In this document: positions 22,431-36,380 of the stretch, piece after piece
Layout of the letters: each line of letters begins with the position of its first letter
How positions within the stretch are numbered: position 1 is the stretch's first letter
DNA from: Lama guanicoe
Taxonomy: Eukaryota
Assembly: GCA_013239625.1 (NCBI GenBank)
Contig: MU053431.1
Coordinates: 2,196,485 to 2,260,484, forward strand
Reading direction: 5' to 3'
Length of the DNA: 64,000 bases
Position numbers and translations under genes: made by a program
Notes under the pieces: model-generated
What the model saw: the letters and a program-made list of their open reading frames with translations, nothing else
Database searches by the model: none
What the model was told of the DNA's origin: nothing

Positions 22431-25400
22431 TTCAGGGCCCCCAGGGCCAGGCCAGCTGCGGTGCAGACACAGGGCCTTCTCCTTGCCACCTGTGGGCCCT
22501 GCCACCTGCCCCAGGGCCTGCAGAGTGTCCCAGGGCATCCCTCCCGATTCGGGGACTGAGGACCCCCACACGGGGCTCCGCCCCCCGTGGCCTAACCCAG
22601 GACCAGAGCAGCAGGTCTCCGGACGCCTGCTGGCCCCTCTGGCAGCCGCCCCAGAGGCAGACGTTAGGCTGTTTGTGAAGAATTATGTCCGGACAGGCCT
22701 TGGGCACAGAAAAGCCCTTTGTCCCAGCCAGCTGGCCACCTGAGCCCTCCGGCCATCTGGAGGATCAATATGGCTCCAGCCTGGAAGACCAGAGGGTCAG
22801 CGTCCCTCAGAGGAGGGGTCAGAGAGGGAGGACAGGGCCATGCTGAGTCGCTCTTCTGTGGACGGAGGGCAGTACCAGTGGGGGACTTAGTGACCTTCCA
22901 AGGGGAATGCTGAGCCCTCCTGGAAAGTCCTCCTCTTTCTCCTTCACCTCTGAGTCACCTCACCCTCCCTCGGGGTCCCTGAACCTGACCCCTGCAGAGA
23001 TGGGAGACCCTGCGGCCGGCCAGGCGCCCCTGAGCCAGTGCCAGTACCTTCCCAGGGCTCCTCCTGCAGGATGCGGCCGGGCCCCAAGCTGCTGCTCCTG
23101 TTTGGGTGCCCACACGTCTGGACAACCTGACGCTGGCAACCCCGACACCCTGGGACCCGCCCTCTGTGAGCACAGCAGTGCATGTGGGGAGGCTGGCCTG
23201 AAATCTCTGGTCGGGTGTCCGTCTCCCCCACCAGATCTAGAGCCCCTCAAGGCAGGTGGCTGCAGGACATCCCGGAGGAGGCACTGGGCAGGCATCCAGG
23301 CTGTCCTGCTCAGACCACTCTTGGCCGCTGCCCAGGGACCTCCAGGGCATGGAGGAGCCCCTCCTGGGGGTGGAAATCAGCCCTTGTGCCTCAGAAACTG
23401 GCCCCACTGAGGGAGGAGCGAACAGGCTGAGTTCACGCCTTCTGTGGCCCTGGACCTGGCCTGCTCTGCCCAGTTCCAGCCCCGTCTCTGTGGCCAGCTG
23501 TCCTGCCCAGGAGGGAACCCGGCAGGGAAGGCAGAACCTGGACATCCAGCAGCCCGCCTGCATCCCGGGAAGGGGGCACTGCGACAGGCACTCCAGTCCC
23601 CAGGCCCAGGGCTGATTCCAGAGAGTGGAGGCTCCCTGAGCCAGCGGCTGGACGTTCAAATCAGCACCCTCCTGGGGAAGCGTGTGGGGCAGGCCCTCCT
23701 CAGGCGTGCTCGGTGTCCTCCACCCTGCGGGGGAGGCCGCTCCTGCACCATGGCCTGCAGCTCAGGAGCCTTCAGCAAACCAGGGCGCCGCTCCCCATGC
23801 TGGCTGGAGGACACCCATGGAGGAGGCTGCTGACCCTGTCCTCGTGGGACACCCAGGCGCTCGAGATGCACCTCTACCAGGTCCTGGAGGCTCTGCAGGA
23901 CTCCAGGTCTCTGCCCTTACTGACCACCAGCTGGTTTAGACCCAGCACAGGTGCCTGTGCGGTCTGCCCTCCGCCCTGCGGGGGAAGGGAGGAGCGCTGC
24001 TCCTCCGGGCCTCTGAGCCCATCTCTTCAGGGCTGGGGAGGTGGGGAGAAAGGGGGCTCATTTGCAGTGTTGGGTGCTTATCAATTTACTGCATGTTCTA
24101 ATGTCTGCTGTACCAGATCAATGGTGACCACATCCAGGGTGGCCCTATTACCCTGTCACTCCCACGAAGACACAGCTGGGGTCATTCGGCCAAGGAGGGG
24201 GCCGGACCGCCGGACCCCGAGTCCAAGGCCCTCCACAGCGTCACAGCTCCTCGACACCCCTTTTCCCAGAATCCCATGTCCCTGTCAGTCAAGCCTCGTG
24301 CTGCCCCAGCTCACCGTCCTCCCAGGATGTGTCAGGGGCTGAATGCTCGGGAGGGCTCGGGGGACCCAGCTCTGCTTCCTGTTGACAAAGGCACGTCTGC
24401 AAATAGCTCCTTTCAGTTCCAAAGCCCAGGAGGCGGGAGCCAACACAGCAGCGCCAGCCCGGCCCCCGCTACCTGGGCAAGGCTGCAGGCTCATGAGTAT
24501 TCGCAGCGGCTTCCCAGTTATCTCGAATTAAGCCAACCCAGCTTGCCTTGCAGGCTCCAGTCCCTCCACTTTCTGCCCCCTCTCCGCGACCTTCCTTTTC
24601 CTCCCAGTCCCTCGAGACGTGGCGGGCGGGGGCTGCCTCAGCCTCACTCCCCGTGCCTGGGCAGGGCCAGTATCTGGGCTGTCCTGGTGCCAGCACCCCA
24701 TTCCAGCTCATTCTCTCCAGCACTTGACACGTCCCTGGCCTGTTCTCAGGGAGGCCCTGGACCTTGTCCCAGTCCCGGGTGGAGATAATTACCCTGACGT
24801 CCGTTTGCAGAGTTTAAATACGTTTTCTCAGCATCGGAAACATAGATTTGGCTGTGGCGCTTTATGGGGGTAGGGGGTTGCATCCTTGTTTGGCCCAGCC
24901 CCACGGGACAGCGTCTCCACCACTGAGGGGCTCGGCGGCTCCTTCTACTCCAGCAACCAGCGCCGAGCGCGGCATGGACCGCACGTACCTGGGACCTGGT
25001 TCTCAGAATCTGCCCTGGGGGAGGGTCGCCCCTGCCCCCACGAGCCCTGTGCTGGCCCTTCCTGCTGCCATGCCTGCAGGCTCCTTCCAGGGGCAGGGGG
25101 CTGGGGCACCAGGAGGCAGGAGGGAGCCTGCCCTAGACTCCCCACCTGTGCGGAGGTGCTGCAGAGTGATGCAGGTTTGGAAGGTCTGAAAGGTTTGAAA
25201 GCCCCCGTCCTGACCTCACTCAGAGCAGCAGCATCCGTCTCTGTAAAAACAGCCTCACGGGCGCCGGAGCTGAGGTGAGCTGGCCACACAGCAGGAATGC
25301 AGGACCCTCAGAACAGGCTGCCATCTGGCCGCCAGGAACCCAGGGGGCCATTGCCCTGCAAACATCCCACTCCACCCAGCAAACCCCTCCTGGAACATGG

Positions 25401-28400
25401 CAGGCCCCCATGGAAGCTGGAAGATGCAGGCCCCGCACCTTTGCCCTCAGGCGGCTGCCGCTGTGATGCAGGCCGGGTGAGGGGGGTACCGCCGGGGTCC
25501 CCCCAGGTCCAGGACATGGCGTCTCACATCACTGCTGGGCTCCTCCGGCCCAGGAGGGACGGTCAGATAGCAGTTGTACAGTTGGGGTCTGTCTCCACAC
25601 ACCCTGGGCCTGGAATCAGGGAGTCACCCCGCAACCCCCTGCTTCCCTGATGGTCACCTTCATGGAGTGACCAGCATGGGCAGAGCACATGGTGAGGTGA
25701 GCCCGAGCGCTCTCTGACCCCACTGGCCAGGCAGCCTCTCCTCCAACGGCCCTGACAGCCCCTCATCCCCACACCCCATCCAGTGGGGCCTGCACCCCAT
25801 TTCCGCAGACCCTGCTTGGGCTGAGAGGGGTGCATCTACCTTTAAGGTCACGGGCGAGGAGACCACAGCCACGTGCTGACCGCAGCCCTCGTCCATCCTC
25901 CAGCGAGATCTGCCTCCCAGAGCAGCCCCAGGTCCCCAGACCCTCAAGCATGGCCCCCGCCCCAGCAGCCTCCTCCTGCTGCAGACCCGACCTCAGCTGC
26001 GCCCGTGCAGGAAGCACTGCATCCCAGCCACCATCTCCTGAGGCCTTCTTGCTGTCTCATCTCTGCCCACTGCTGACCCGCACTGGCTCACTGAAGCCAC
26101 TGACCGCATCTGGATAGGCCTGTCTGGAGGCACGTACATGTCCCTGTCTGTCCTCTGCTCCTGCCAGCACGTGCAGCCCCACTCCCTCCCGGAGACCCCT
26201 GTTGCTGCCTCCCTCTCTGTGGGCGCAGCCTGGTGGGGGAGAGGGAAACTGAAAAGAGCCCGTCTTCAGAATCAGGCCTGAGAGCGACTCCAGGGAGATG
26301 AGGGACAGGCTGGGCAGACGCTAGCCAAGGGCTGGACAGGCTGGGCAGGGGCTCCGCCAGGGAGAGCCTGGGGTCTAAAGGCCGAGGCCACCACAAGGTC
26401 CAGGGCTCAGGGAGAGGCCTGCCCTCCCCACTTTGGGCAAATCCTTTCAGCTTCCAGTGGAGCCATCACCGCAGGCCCATGGCTGGCCTTTCAGTGGTGA
26501 CCACAGCAGGGGAGGGAGGGCTCACCAGGCTCCAGAACTTAGAACCTCAAGGGTCGGGGGAATCCACAGTTTTGCTTGTTAAAGCCAAAAGACCTTTCAA
26601 AATTCAGGTCCAGAGGAAGGGCCCGCCACGTGTCCATCCCCCTGTTCCCTGGAATTAGGGGTCGCCAGGTTCTCAGGCTGCACACCTGAAGGACGTGGAG
26701 AGACCCAGAGCCCTGCAGGTGGGAGGTGCAGGCTGGAGGTGGGTTTCTGAGCCCAAGAGCTCAGGCCCAGGCCTCCCCAGAGGAGGAGCTCCTGTCTGTC
26801 CTCCTCCAAGTCAAACTTCCGCCCAAGGAAGCAGACCTGGAGCAGGCGCTGCCAGGGCAAGGGTGGGGTAGGGGCGGGGCCCCAGGGCAGGCCACACCCC
26901 TCCTCCCTGGCAGCCCAGCCTCTCCTTGGAGCTGAATCCTCAGCCGTGCACAGTTAGGGCATTAGGTCACAGCAGCCCCTGCCTCCCCACCCGGACACAA
27001 CCAGAGGCTGAGCAGGGCGCCCCACTCCAGGCCGCCCTGGTCCCACTTCTCCCCGCCTGCCTCTCCGCTGGGGACCCACCCCCCAGGCCAGCTCAGATGG
27101 ACACAGGTGGGCACTGCAGGCCACATGTTTTGAGCCCAGGAGGAAAGACCAGCTCCTGGGCCTCACCCCACAGACCACCCGTGGGCCAGAGGTGGAGCCT
27201 GGGAGATACAGACTTAAAGGAAACACCCAGGGTGGTGCCAAGGGAGAGACGTCAGCACCATAGCCGAGACCACTGTCCCCGAGGCCCAGGTTCGAGTCCA
27301 GCCCTCAGAGAAAGGGAACCCAGGCTGAGTTCCCTCAGCAGCAGCCTGGGCTGAAAGCTGTGCTTAGCCCTCGACTCACCCTGCGTGCTCTGCAGCCGGT
27401 GCCCCCCCAGGGTCCTGCCAGCCACCCAGCGTCACCCTTAGCAGGAACAGCGTCAGAACCAGCCCAGGTGCAGGACTGCGTGAGCCAGACACCCACAGGC
27501 GGCTGGGGGGGCCTTTCTGGACGAGCGACCTTTGGTCAAACACGTTTGTGGATCCTGACTGAAGAAATCAGCGCTTTCCTTCGACCAGATGTCTCAGAGC
27601 TGCCACCCTGCTGAGCTCCTCGTGACCCCCGCCCCGGCTGTGGTCTGCACGCCACCCATGCTAATGGGAATGCAGAGCTGGGGCCGTGGGGCCACGGAGT
27701 CCCCTCGGAAGGGGCTGGACGTTGAGGCTGTGATAACAGTGGGTCTGGTTCTGCCCCGGATCCAGGAGGCACATCATGGGCCTAGGACTCCTGGGGCCCC
27801 CAGGCCAAGACTTCTCCAGGGTCCAAGGAGGGCTCCAGGCTCTGGTCCCCACACATCCGCCAGCACCTGCGCTGCGCTCTCAGCCACCCCTCCTCATGTC
27901 CCCCCCCTCCCCCTTAGAAGCGGTCCTCAAAATGTGAAATTTGGGTGTTCCACCCAGCCAGCTTCCCCATGCGTTCTGCAAGGGCCGGCAGAGGAGGCAG
28001 TGCTGGCCTGGGGCCCCGCCCAGGCCCCATCTCAGCCCCGCTTCTATCGCGGGCCCCCAGCCCGCCCAGCTCCGCATTGGATGGGATGGCGTGAGCATCA
28101 CCCTAACCTCCCGAGACTCGGATCTTGGGAGGACACCGCCCCCGCCCAGAGTAAGGAGGCCCGGGGCCTGGCCTGGAGGAGGCAACCTTGGGTGACCTTG
28201 CCCGCGAAGGCCTGGGGGTCTGGCTCCTCTCGCACTGTTATGATTTAAAGCTGATGGGTCAGGGCAGAGAAGGACAACACGGGAAGGTCAGAGGCGGCAC
28301 CTTCGGTGGGAACGTTCAGTCACCCTCCACAGTCTGCGAGTGCACTGTGTCCAGGGAGCAGACGGAGCGCAGCCCTGGGGACAGACCCCGGGCCCGGGGG

Positions 28401-29404
28401 GGCTGGACAGACATCAGGGAGCTGGGGTCCTGGCAGGGAGGGCACCGGCCCGGGGGTGTCTCCGCAGGGTCCCAGCCCACAGAGCTTACAAACGGTCCAC
28501 TTGAGCACAAAGAGGCCCCTCCCAGGCTCTCCCCCAGACCACCACAGCCCTGACCAGGTGCTCTGGGGCCCTGCCCCCTTTAAACAGGGCAAAGCTACAA
28601 AGGATGCTTGCCTTTTGAAACCAGGTGGTGGGCAGGGCCAGGGGCAGGTGCGGGCTCCCCCTGCCCGTTACCACGGCAGTCCTGCGAGATGACCCCAGGC
28701 TGTTTCTGGGGAGGTGCGTTCCCCACCTTCGACCTGTGGGCTGAGGCCGCCGTGATGAGAGTCTCTGCTCCAACTACAGCGGGACGGCTGCCTCTTCCCT
28801 GGCGTCTGCCAGGGGCCCGCGCAGGCCAGGATGTGGCAGGGCGCTCCATGAGGCTGCGCCTGAAAGGGCCCTGCCCCGCTGGCCCGGGGTGAGCTGGCAG
28901 GGCTTCGGCAGGGCAACGAAGCACCTCGAGTGCAGGGAGCTCGTGTGCTCGCGCGGAGGCCCGCCCGGTGCACCCCGGCAGCAGGCCTGGGGCCGCGGAG
29001 GACGCTCTCGGGGGTGGGTAGGGAGCCTGGCACCTGGACGCTTCAGCGTGTGGCCTCGCTGGCAGCCGGGGCACCCATGCTTCTCCAGCGCAGGCGTCTG
29101 TGCAGAGCTCCACGTGGGAGGTGGCAGGTGACCAGGCATCACTGCGGCTCTGTCCACACACATCGACCAGGGAGAAGACAGCGTGGCCTGAGCCCAAAGA
29201 CGACAGCTTTGCTGAGGTTTTTACGAAGGAGGTGCCTGGTGAGGGCCAAGCTGAGTGACCTCGTGTGTGGGGTTTTCTCCTCCATCCCAGAGGGACACTC
29301 TCCCCCGCCTCCTCCTCGCCCTGCTGGGCTCAAAAACTCATTCATCTTTCAGCAGCTCATCTGAGACCCTCCCCGGCCCATCCCCCAGCCCCCAGCCCGA
29401 GTGT

Positions 29405-29418
29405 GTCTCCATAGCAAC
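29405..29418 (+). promoter_or_regulatory. RFX X-box motif
   Basis: GTCTCCATAGCAAC matches GTYNCYATRGYAAC. Confidence 0.5.
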
Positions 29419-32119
29419 CAGCGGGTGGCTCTGCTGGTCACATCTCATCAGACCGTGAGCTCTTTGAAGGCGCAGGCCCTGACCTGGACAGCTCACAAGA
29501 GCAGGCAGTTGAGGGGCGCACTATGACGCCAAACGTGCCTCCTGCAGACACGGAGCTGCGCCTCCTACCTCAGGTCCGTGACCTCAGTCATTCCAGAGCC
29601 GCCCGGAAGATGGGGAGACTGAGGCCCAGAGAGAGGAAACCTTCCCTTTCAGCTACAGTGTGAGAGGGGGTCCTGCTGACTGGTGAAAACCACGTCCCGC
29701 CTCTAGGAGACAGAAGACACCGAAGAGAAGTGTCCCAGCAGGGCGTGTCCGGGAGAGGAAGGCCAGGTGCTCGCCGGCCCCAGCCCTCCCTTGCCCTCTT
29801 AACACCCCGAGTGCCTGTAGGGTCAAGGCAGGAGCCTCCCGTATCTGCTCCCTCCTGCTGCCTGGAGCCTGGGAAGGTTGCCGGTAAATGGGGAGTGGGA
29901 GGCCTCCCGCCCCTGCTGGGGGCAGTGTCGGCCCTGGTGCCCAAAACCTTCTGAAGCAGCTGATTTTCTGTCTGGCAGGCGCCCCCTCGCGGCAAGGCAC
30001 GCAAGGCGCACAGTCTTCCAGCACCTGGGAGAGACCCAGGGCCCAGCAGAGGCCGGGCCGCGGGGGGCAGCAAATCTCCGCAGAGGGGCCGCCCAGGTCC
30101 TAGATGGGACACGCACAGCTGTTATCCAGCCAGGGGCCTCCGTCCTGCTGGGCCCACGACCACGGCAACCGGAAAGCTCGTGGGGGCTCTGCCCTCAGGC
30201 TTTTGCATAACAAGTGTCATCTCAGACACACCAGGTTCTGCATTTCAATTTTTGGTAGTGAAATCAGTGTTTCTGATGCACATTTCTCGGCCCACAGAAG
30301 TTGCTGGAATTTGCCTGACTTGGGGAACAAGAAAGGGAGCCACCTGTCCCCCCACAACCCCCGGCCCGGGACACTGGGGCTGGTGGGACGGTGGCCCTCT
30401 GGACATGAAACGCCGTATTTTGGGTCGTCCGAGCCGAGTCTCGAACTCATTTGTGTCTCGGGAAGGGAGTCATCCTCATTTCCACAGTGGCCCTGACGGT
30501 CACCAGAGACAGAAGAGAAAGGCAGACACAGAGACGTGACCCCAGCAGTCAGAGCGTCTGGCCTGGCCTGGCCTCCGTGGACGGATGGCTCAGTTCAGAG
30601 AGACCAGGAGACGGAGAGGGAGCAGCCGGCCCCCCCAGCCCCTGCCCTCGCCTCCTGCATGACCCCAGGGGCCCTGCTCCGTGCACCAGCCCCTCCCCTT
30701 CAAGCCTTGCCTGGTGAGCCAGGGAAGGTTCCCCTGCAAGGCCGGACAGGACAGGTGCTTCCTGGGGGAGGACAGTGTGGAGGGGGCTCCCCCTCGCCAA
30801 GGGGAGGGCTGACCTGGGGAGCACCCTCTGTTGGGGGCGGCCCTGCAACGAGACCCCGTGTCCTCTCCTCCCGAGCGGTGGTCTGGCTCAGGTTGGACGC
30901 CAGTGGAGCAGAAGTCAGTGTCAAGTCAGGGAGGAAGACGGGTTTTCCCACTAGGCTCTTGGGGCTCGTCCTCCCCTCCTGGGAAAGGCAGCTGCAGACA
31001 TGCTCCCTCCGGAAGGGCTGCTGGTGGGAGACGCTGACCCAGCCCACCCCAGGCAGCACCAAGCCCCCAGCAGAACTGGGAGCGCGCTGCCCCACAGCAC
31101 CTCCTGCTGGACACCTCCCGGGTGCTGGTGGCCCCCGGGGTGGGTGGTGGCGGTGGTGGTCCTCTATTTGATCTTTAAAATGGGGCTCCAGCCCCCCAGG
31201 TGTTCTGTGCCCTTGTGCTGAAGAGCATGTGTTGGGCAGAGTCAGTGGGGCCCTTGGAAGGAAGGTGAGTGAACCAGAGATGGGCCCTCCCGGCCTTGTC
31301 AAGATGGGAGGGCGGCTGTCCCGGGGCTGGGACTCCCTCCTGGTCTGAGCTCAGGCCCTGTCTGCAGGGGGAGGGCAGCACGGCCCCCCCAGGGACCCGA
31401 CTCCCGCCAGCCCCGGGTGACATGGGACAGAAGGGGCTGGGCAGGACCAGGAATCCGCCATCTGCTCGCAGGGAAGGCAATCCCCAGCAGTGAGGGTCTC
31501 CGGGACCTGAGAGACCCCTGTGATCTGAGCCCTGGCCCCCAAGTCATGTGGGAAAATGGGCAGCTGGACCCTTGGCCCAGGCCACCACGTTAGCTGTCAC
31601 CCAGGTAGGCCCCTCCCACCGGGATGTCCAGTCTGCCCTTGACCTGGAAACTCCCTTCAAGGAGGGCCCTGCAGCCAGAAACACCCGATTCCCGGCCCTG
31701 GGGAGTGGGTGGGTGACAGGCAGGGCTTAGCGCTGTGACCTGCCTGCCGGTTTCCACATCACCGGCCCTGTCAGTGCCCCCAGGGCTGTCTGAAGAACAG
31801 AGGCCTCTCGCATCCAAATTTTTTTAAAAGCACAGGAAATATTCACCTGATCCCTTCCTGCTGTCTGACAGAAATCATTTATTTTCGTGTCCTCTGCAGC
31901 CATGCCCCCTTCGGCCCTGGGGGGATGTCCGGCCACTACTGGACATGGCCCCAGCAGACGGTGGGTGCCTGCCTGGCCAGGGGTCTGGCCACGGGGCCCC
32001 CCTCGCAGTCGGCCCGTCCACCTCGCTGTGCCGTGGCTCACTCCCCAAGTGGTGACATAACCGCAGATCTGTCTGGTGGGGTCCGCATCCTGCACGCCCT
32101 GCGATGTGTGCTTGTGCAT

Positions 32120-32420
32120 CCTCTGCTGCACAAGTTGCCCCAAAACCTCTGGCTGAAAACGATGACGCTGTTTATCATCTGCCCTGTTTCTGAAGGACCA
32201 AGCTTCCGGACAGGACCCAGGGGGCACAGGTCTCTGCCCCTGGCATCCGGGCCTCCCCGGGGCTGGGGGCGTCTGAAGGCCTCACTCACAGGTCAGTGCT
32301 GGTGCTGGCTGTCGGCTAGAGCTGCCTCATGGGGGCCCCGTGTGGCCCTGGCTGGGCTCCAGAGGCCAGTGTCCCGCGTGCAAGGAGCACGTGGCAGGTG
32401 GTGTGGCCGTCCCTGGATGA
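32120..32420. mobile_element. MaLR (MLT1-like) LTR remnant
   Basis: 'ccccaaaacctctggctgaaaac...tttatcatct...gtttctg' resembles an MLT1 LTR end. Confidence 0.4.
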
Positions 32421-34909
32421 CCCCTGTCTTGCCGGCTCACATGACGTAAACAACCATGGTTCCTGGGCTCTGAGCATTCTCGTAGGGAGGCTCTGGGCTG
32501 GGGGCTCCAGACCAGCCCCTCCTCCCTTCTGACAGGGACCCCTTCCCTGAGGAGGCTACAGCCTGGGGTGCCCGTCAGCACCGCACAGGGGAGGCATCTC
32601 AGGTTCCCTCCAGCCCGGGGGTGGGTCTCCCAGCCGCAGACGGAGGAACGCAGGCGGCGTCCGCGCGGAGTCTGGCCCTTGGAGGAGGGGGACAGCGGGG
32701 AAGGGGGTGGTTCCGGGCCCCAAGGCCTCTCGCACAACCCCAGCTGGGCTCCTCCACCTCCCCCGCTCTGCTGACTTCAAGTTCTGGGTCCTGAGGGATG
32801 GCCTGGCTGGCCAAAGGCAGAGACCCACAGCCCCGAGACAGGCATAGGCCTGCCGGGAACCCCCTCAGACCCCACAGACACATTCTTCCGGAAAACAATC
32901 TGCCCCACCACACCGCTGGGGCGGCCCTCCGGGAAGTCAGGGGAACCGGGCTCAAGGGCAGGGCCGCTCAGACCCACCCTGCCGTCTCCCGGGGCCTCTT
33001 CCAGCCAGGTTACTTGGCTTCCCAGAGCTTGGTTTCCTCCCCTAAATGGGGAGGGGGTGCGGGGACCTGGGAGCCCAGGCCAAGTGGCAAATAGAGAGCT
33101 AACTCCAGCAGGCGGACTTGTCTTGGACTGGGGTCTCGGGGAGGGGTGTCCCGGTCTTGGCCCCTCAGCAGAGGGCTCCATCCCAGCCTACCCCCACCTG
33201 CAAGGCCTTCGGGCAGCCCTGCTCTGCACCCACCTAATTCCCTCTCCTTAGGCAGCCCTCTCCCTCCAACCCCAAGCCAGAGACCCCAGCCCCACTCTCC
33301 GCCTGCCTGGAGAGAGGCGAGGCTGGCATGGGGCTGGGTGCCTCCAGGGGAAGTCTCCTGAGGCCCAGAGGGGCTCCCCCGAGCACACCCACAGCCTCAG
33401 CCTCCAGCGTCCAGCTGGCTCCTGCTCCCAGACAGGGGAGACCTCCGCGCCCGGGAGTTGGCAGGCACCCATTCTGCTCCCGGTGCGTGCACTGCAGAAC
33501 CCTGGGGAGGGTGGTGGAGCGTGCAGGCCGAGGCACTGCAGGGACCCGCACCTCGGTGGGCTGCACTGGGGGCTGTGGGGACGCCTGCCTCGTGCTGACG
33601 CTGGGCTGGGGAGGAAAGAATGGAGTCACCTCTGACCTAAGGGGGTTGCGCGCTGCAGCAATGGTGAGCGGGTGTGTTCGGGCTTCGCCAGGGGAGACGG
33701 CCCCAGGACCAGGGCTCAGTGGGGCCCTGAAGCAGGAGGTCGCCCTGGAGCACGGCCAGAGCAGGACGGGCGGCCGTGTCCTGAGCTCAGGGCGGGGGCA
33801 GGGCTGGGTGGAGGCCGGAGCTTCCGGGTGACCTGCAGCACCTGGGTGGTGGGGCCTGAGCCTCCTCAAGGCGGTGTGGGCAGCCAGGAGGATCTGGCCT
33901 CTGCACCAGCCTCAGGGAGGAAGTTAACACAGACTGATTCCAATGCAAATGTCAAACCCACCCTGCAATGAAAAATTAGCAGCTCTGAATGTCAAGGAGG
34001 GAGTCCCAGCCCCAGCTGTCTGGCTCCGGCTGGCAGAGCGGACAGAGCTGAGCTGCTTTCTCCAGCTCCTGGGCTGGGGGGCTGAGGGAGGAGGCGTCTG
34101 GAGTAGGGCCACAGCCAGCACAGACCAGCCACTGGACTGTCAGAGCTCCCAACAGGCCCCTGCGTCTGGTAGGTCCCTGAGGGGCTCAGGGCATGGCCAC
34201 GCCTTCTCCCCTGCACCACCCACCAAGTGCAGGAAGCAAAGGATGCATTCAGCAGGTGCTCCATAGATGCTCTTGACCACGTGGTCTCTGACTCCGGGGA
34301 GCGTGAGTCCTGGGCCCAGCACCCTCTCTGTCCGCTGGCCCATTGCAGCACTGAGGTGGTTCCACCCGGCTCACTCTAGGCAGGAGGGGCTGTCCAGGGC
34401 CACCCGAGGCTGACCCCTGCCCAGCCCAGCTGGTCTCAAGGTCATCCTTGAAGACCAACAGGCATTTTCCGAGTAGCGGTGTCTGAGAAAAAGCCACGTG
34501 CCAGCACCCTCAGCTGTACTTCCTTCTGCACAATTTCTTGTCCTAACCCATTTCACTTTTAAGTGGAAAAAGAAATTACGTTTTTGCATCTTGTAACAGC
34601 AGATGGCGGCTGCTACGGGCAGGGTTTCCTGGGGACGCAGCAGTGCCCAGATTTCAGGAATTTCCTGGTCTCTACCCCCACCCAGCCAGCCTGCAGGGCT
34701 CAGCGCCCAGGCTCGGGGACCTGGCCCTGGGAAGACCCAGGGGCTCAGAGAAGGAGCCCCCGGAAAGGACGGCTGGGGCGTGGAGGGAGCTGTCAGCAAG
34801 GAGGAGGCAGGAGCGGAGGAGGACCTGGAGGAACCAGAGGCCGGGCGCGGAGGAGGGAGCGCGTGGGGGTGGCCCGAGGGGGCAGCCACCTTGGAGCGCT
34901 GGGGGGCCG

Positions 34910-36380
34910 CTCTGACGGCTGTGAGTGAGGTCCCACTGTGCTGCTGGTTTGCGCTTCCCTGATGGTCGGCGGTGCTGAGGGTCTTTTCATGCGCCTCTGC
35001 TCCCCTTTAAGCCAGACTGGCTGCTTCTCGTACCGCATTGCACGAGCTCTCGTGTGCCCGACACCGACCCCTTGCCTGCCGCAGCTTTGCGGGGTCCTTC
35101 TCCCGGTCAGCACGCTGCCTTTGCGCCTGGTTGACGGCGTCCTTTGCTGAGCACAAGCTTTTTTGTTTGACGTAGTCCCATTTGTTTATTTTTGCTTTTG
35201 CTTCCCTTGACTGAGGAGAAAGATGAAAAACATATGGCTAAGACCGATGTCCAAGAGCATTCTGCTATGTTTTCTTCTAGGATTTTTATAGTGTTAGGTC
35301 TTACATTTAAGCCTTTAGTTCACTTTGAGTGTATTTTTGGATATGGTGAGAGAATGTAGTCCAGTCTGATTCCTTTACAGGCAGCTGTCCCGTTTCCCAG
35401 CACCGCCACTGAAGAGACTGTCGCTTCTCCATCGTGTGTTCTTGCCTCCTCTGTCACAGACTAAGGGACCGCGAGGGTGTGGGCTTGTCTCTGGCCACTG
35501 TTCTGCAGCCCGGAGCACTGTGCCTGCGTCTGGCCAGCCCCACACTGCTTTGATGGCTGCAGATTTGTGGCATAGTTTCAAGTCAAGGAATGGGAGACCT
35601 ACAGCTCTGTTCCTCTTTCTCAAGGTTGCTTTGATTATTCAGAGTGTTTTGTAGTTCTATACAAATTTTAGGAGTATTTGCTTCAGTTCTGTAAAAAATG
35701 CCATTGGCATATGGTAGGGACTGCATTGACGGCGTGGACTGCCTTGGGGAGCGCGGGCATTTTAATAATATTAGTTCTTCCAGTCCATGAGCATGATGTG
35801 TCTTTCCATCTGTCCGTGTCATCCTCAGTTCCTTCCAACAGTGTCTGACAGTTTTCTGAGTACAGGTTTTGACCTCCTTAGTTAAGTACATTCCTGGGTA
35901 TTTTATTCTTTTTGATGCAATTGTAAATGGGTTGTTCTCTTACCTTCACTTTCTGGCGGTTTGTTGTTAGTGTGTAAAATGCAACAGATTTCAGTATGCT
36001 AATCTTACACCCCGCAAATTCACTGGATTTATTTAGTGCTTCTGCTAGGTTTTTAGTGCAATCTTTAGGGTTCCCTACGTACAGTGTCACGCCGTGTCAT
36101 CCGCAGGTAGTGACAGTTTCAATCCCTCCTTTCCAATCAGGAGAACTTCCCTTTCTTTCTCCCGTCTGCTTGCTGCGGCGAGGACTTCCGGTGCCATGTT
36201 GACTAGAAGTGGTGAGAGTGGGCACCCTTGTCTTGTTCCTCATCTCAGAGGAAATGCTCTCAGCTTCTCACCTCTGGTGTGATGTTAGCTGTGGGCTGCC
36301 ACTCGTGGCCTTTGTTATGCTGAAGTGCATTCCTTCTATGCCCGCCTTCTGGTGAGTTTGACTCATACATGGGTGCTGAA
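34910..36380 (-). mobile_element. LINE-1 ORF2 fragment (reverse transcriptase and downstream region), decayed
   Basis: Minus-strand peptides TLYVGNPKDCTKNLAEALNKSSEFAGCKISILKSVAFY and YLTKEVK... resemble L1 ORF2p; multiple frameshifts; boundaries approximate. Confidence 0.9.
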
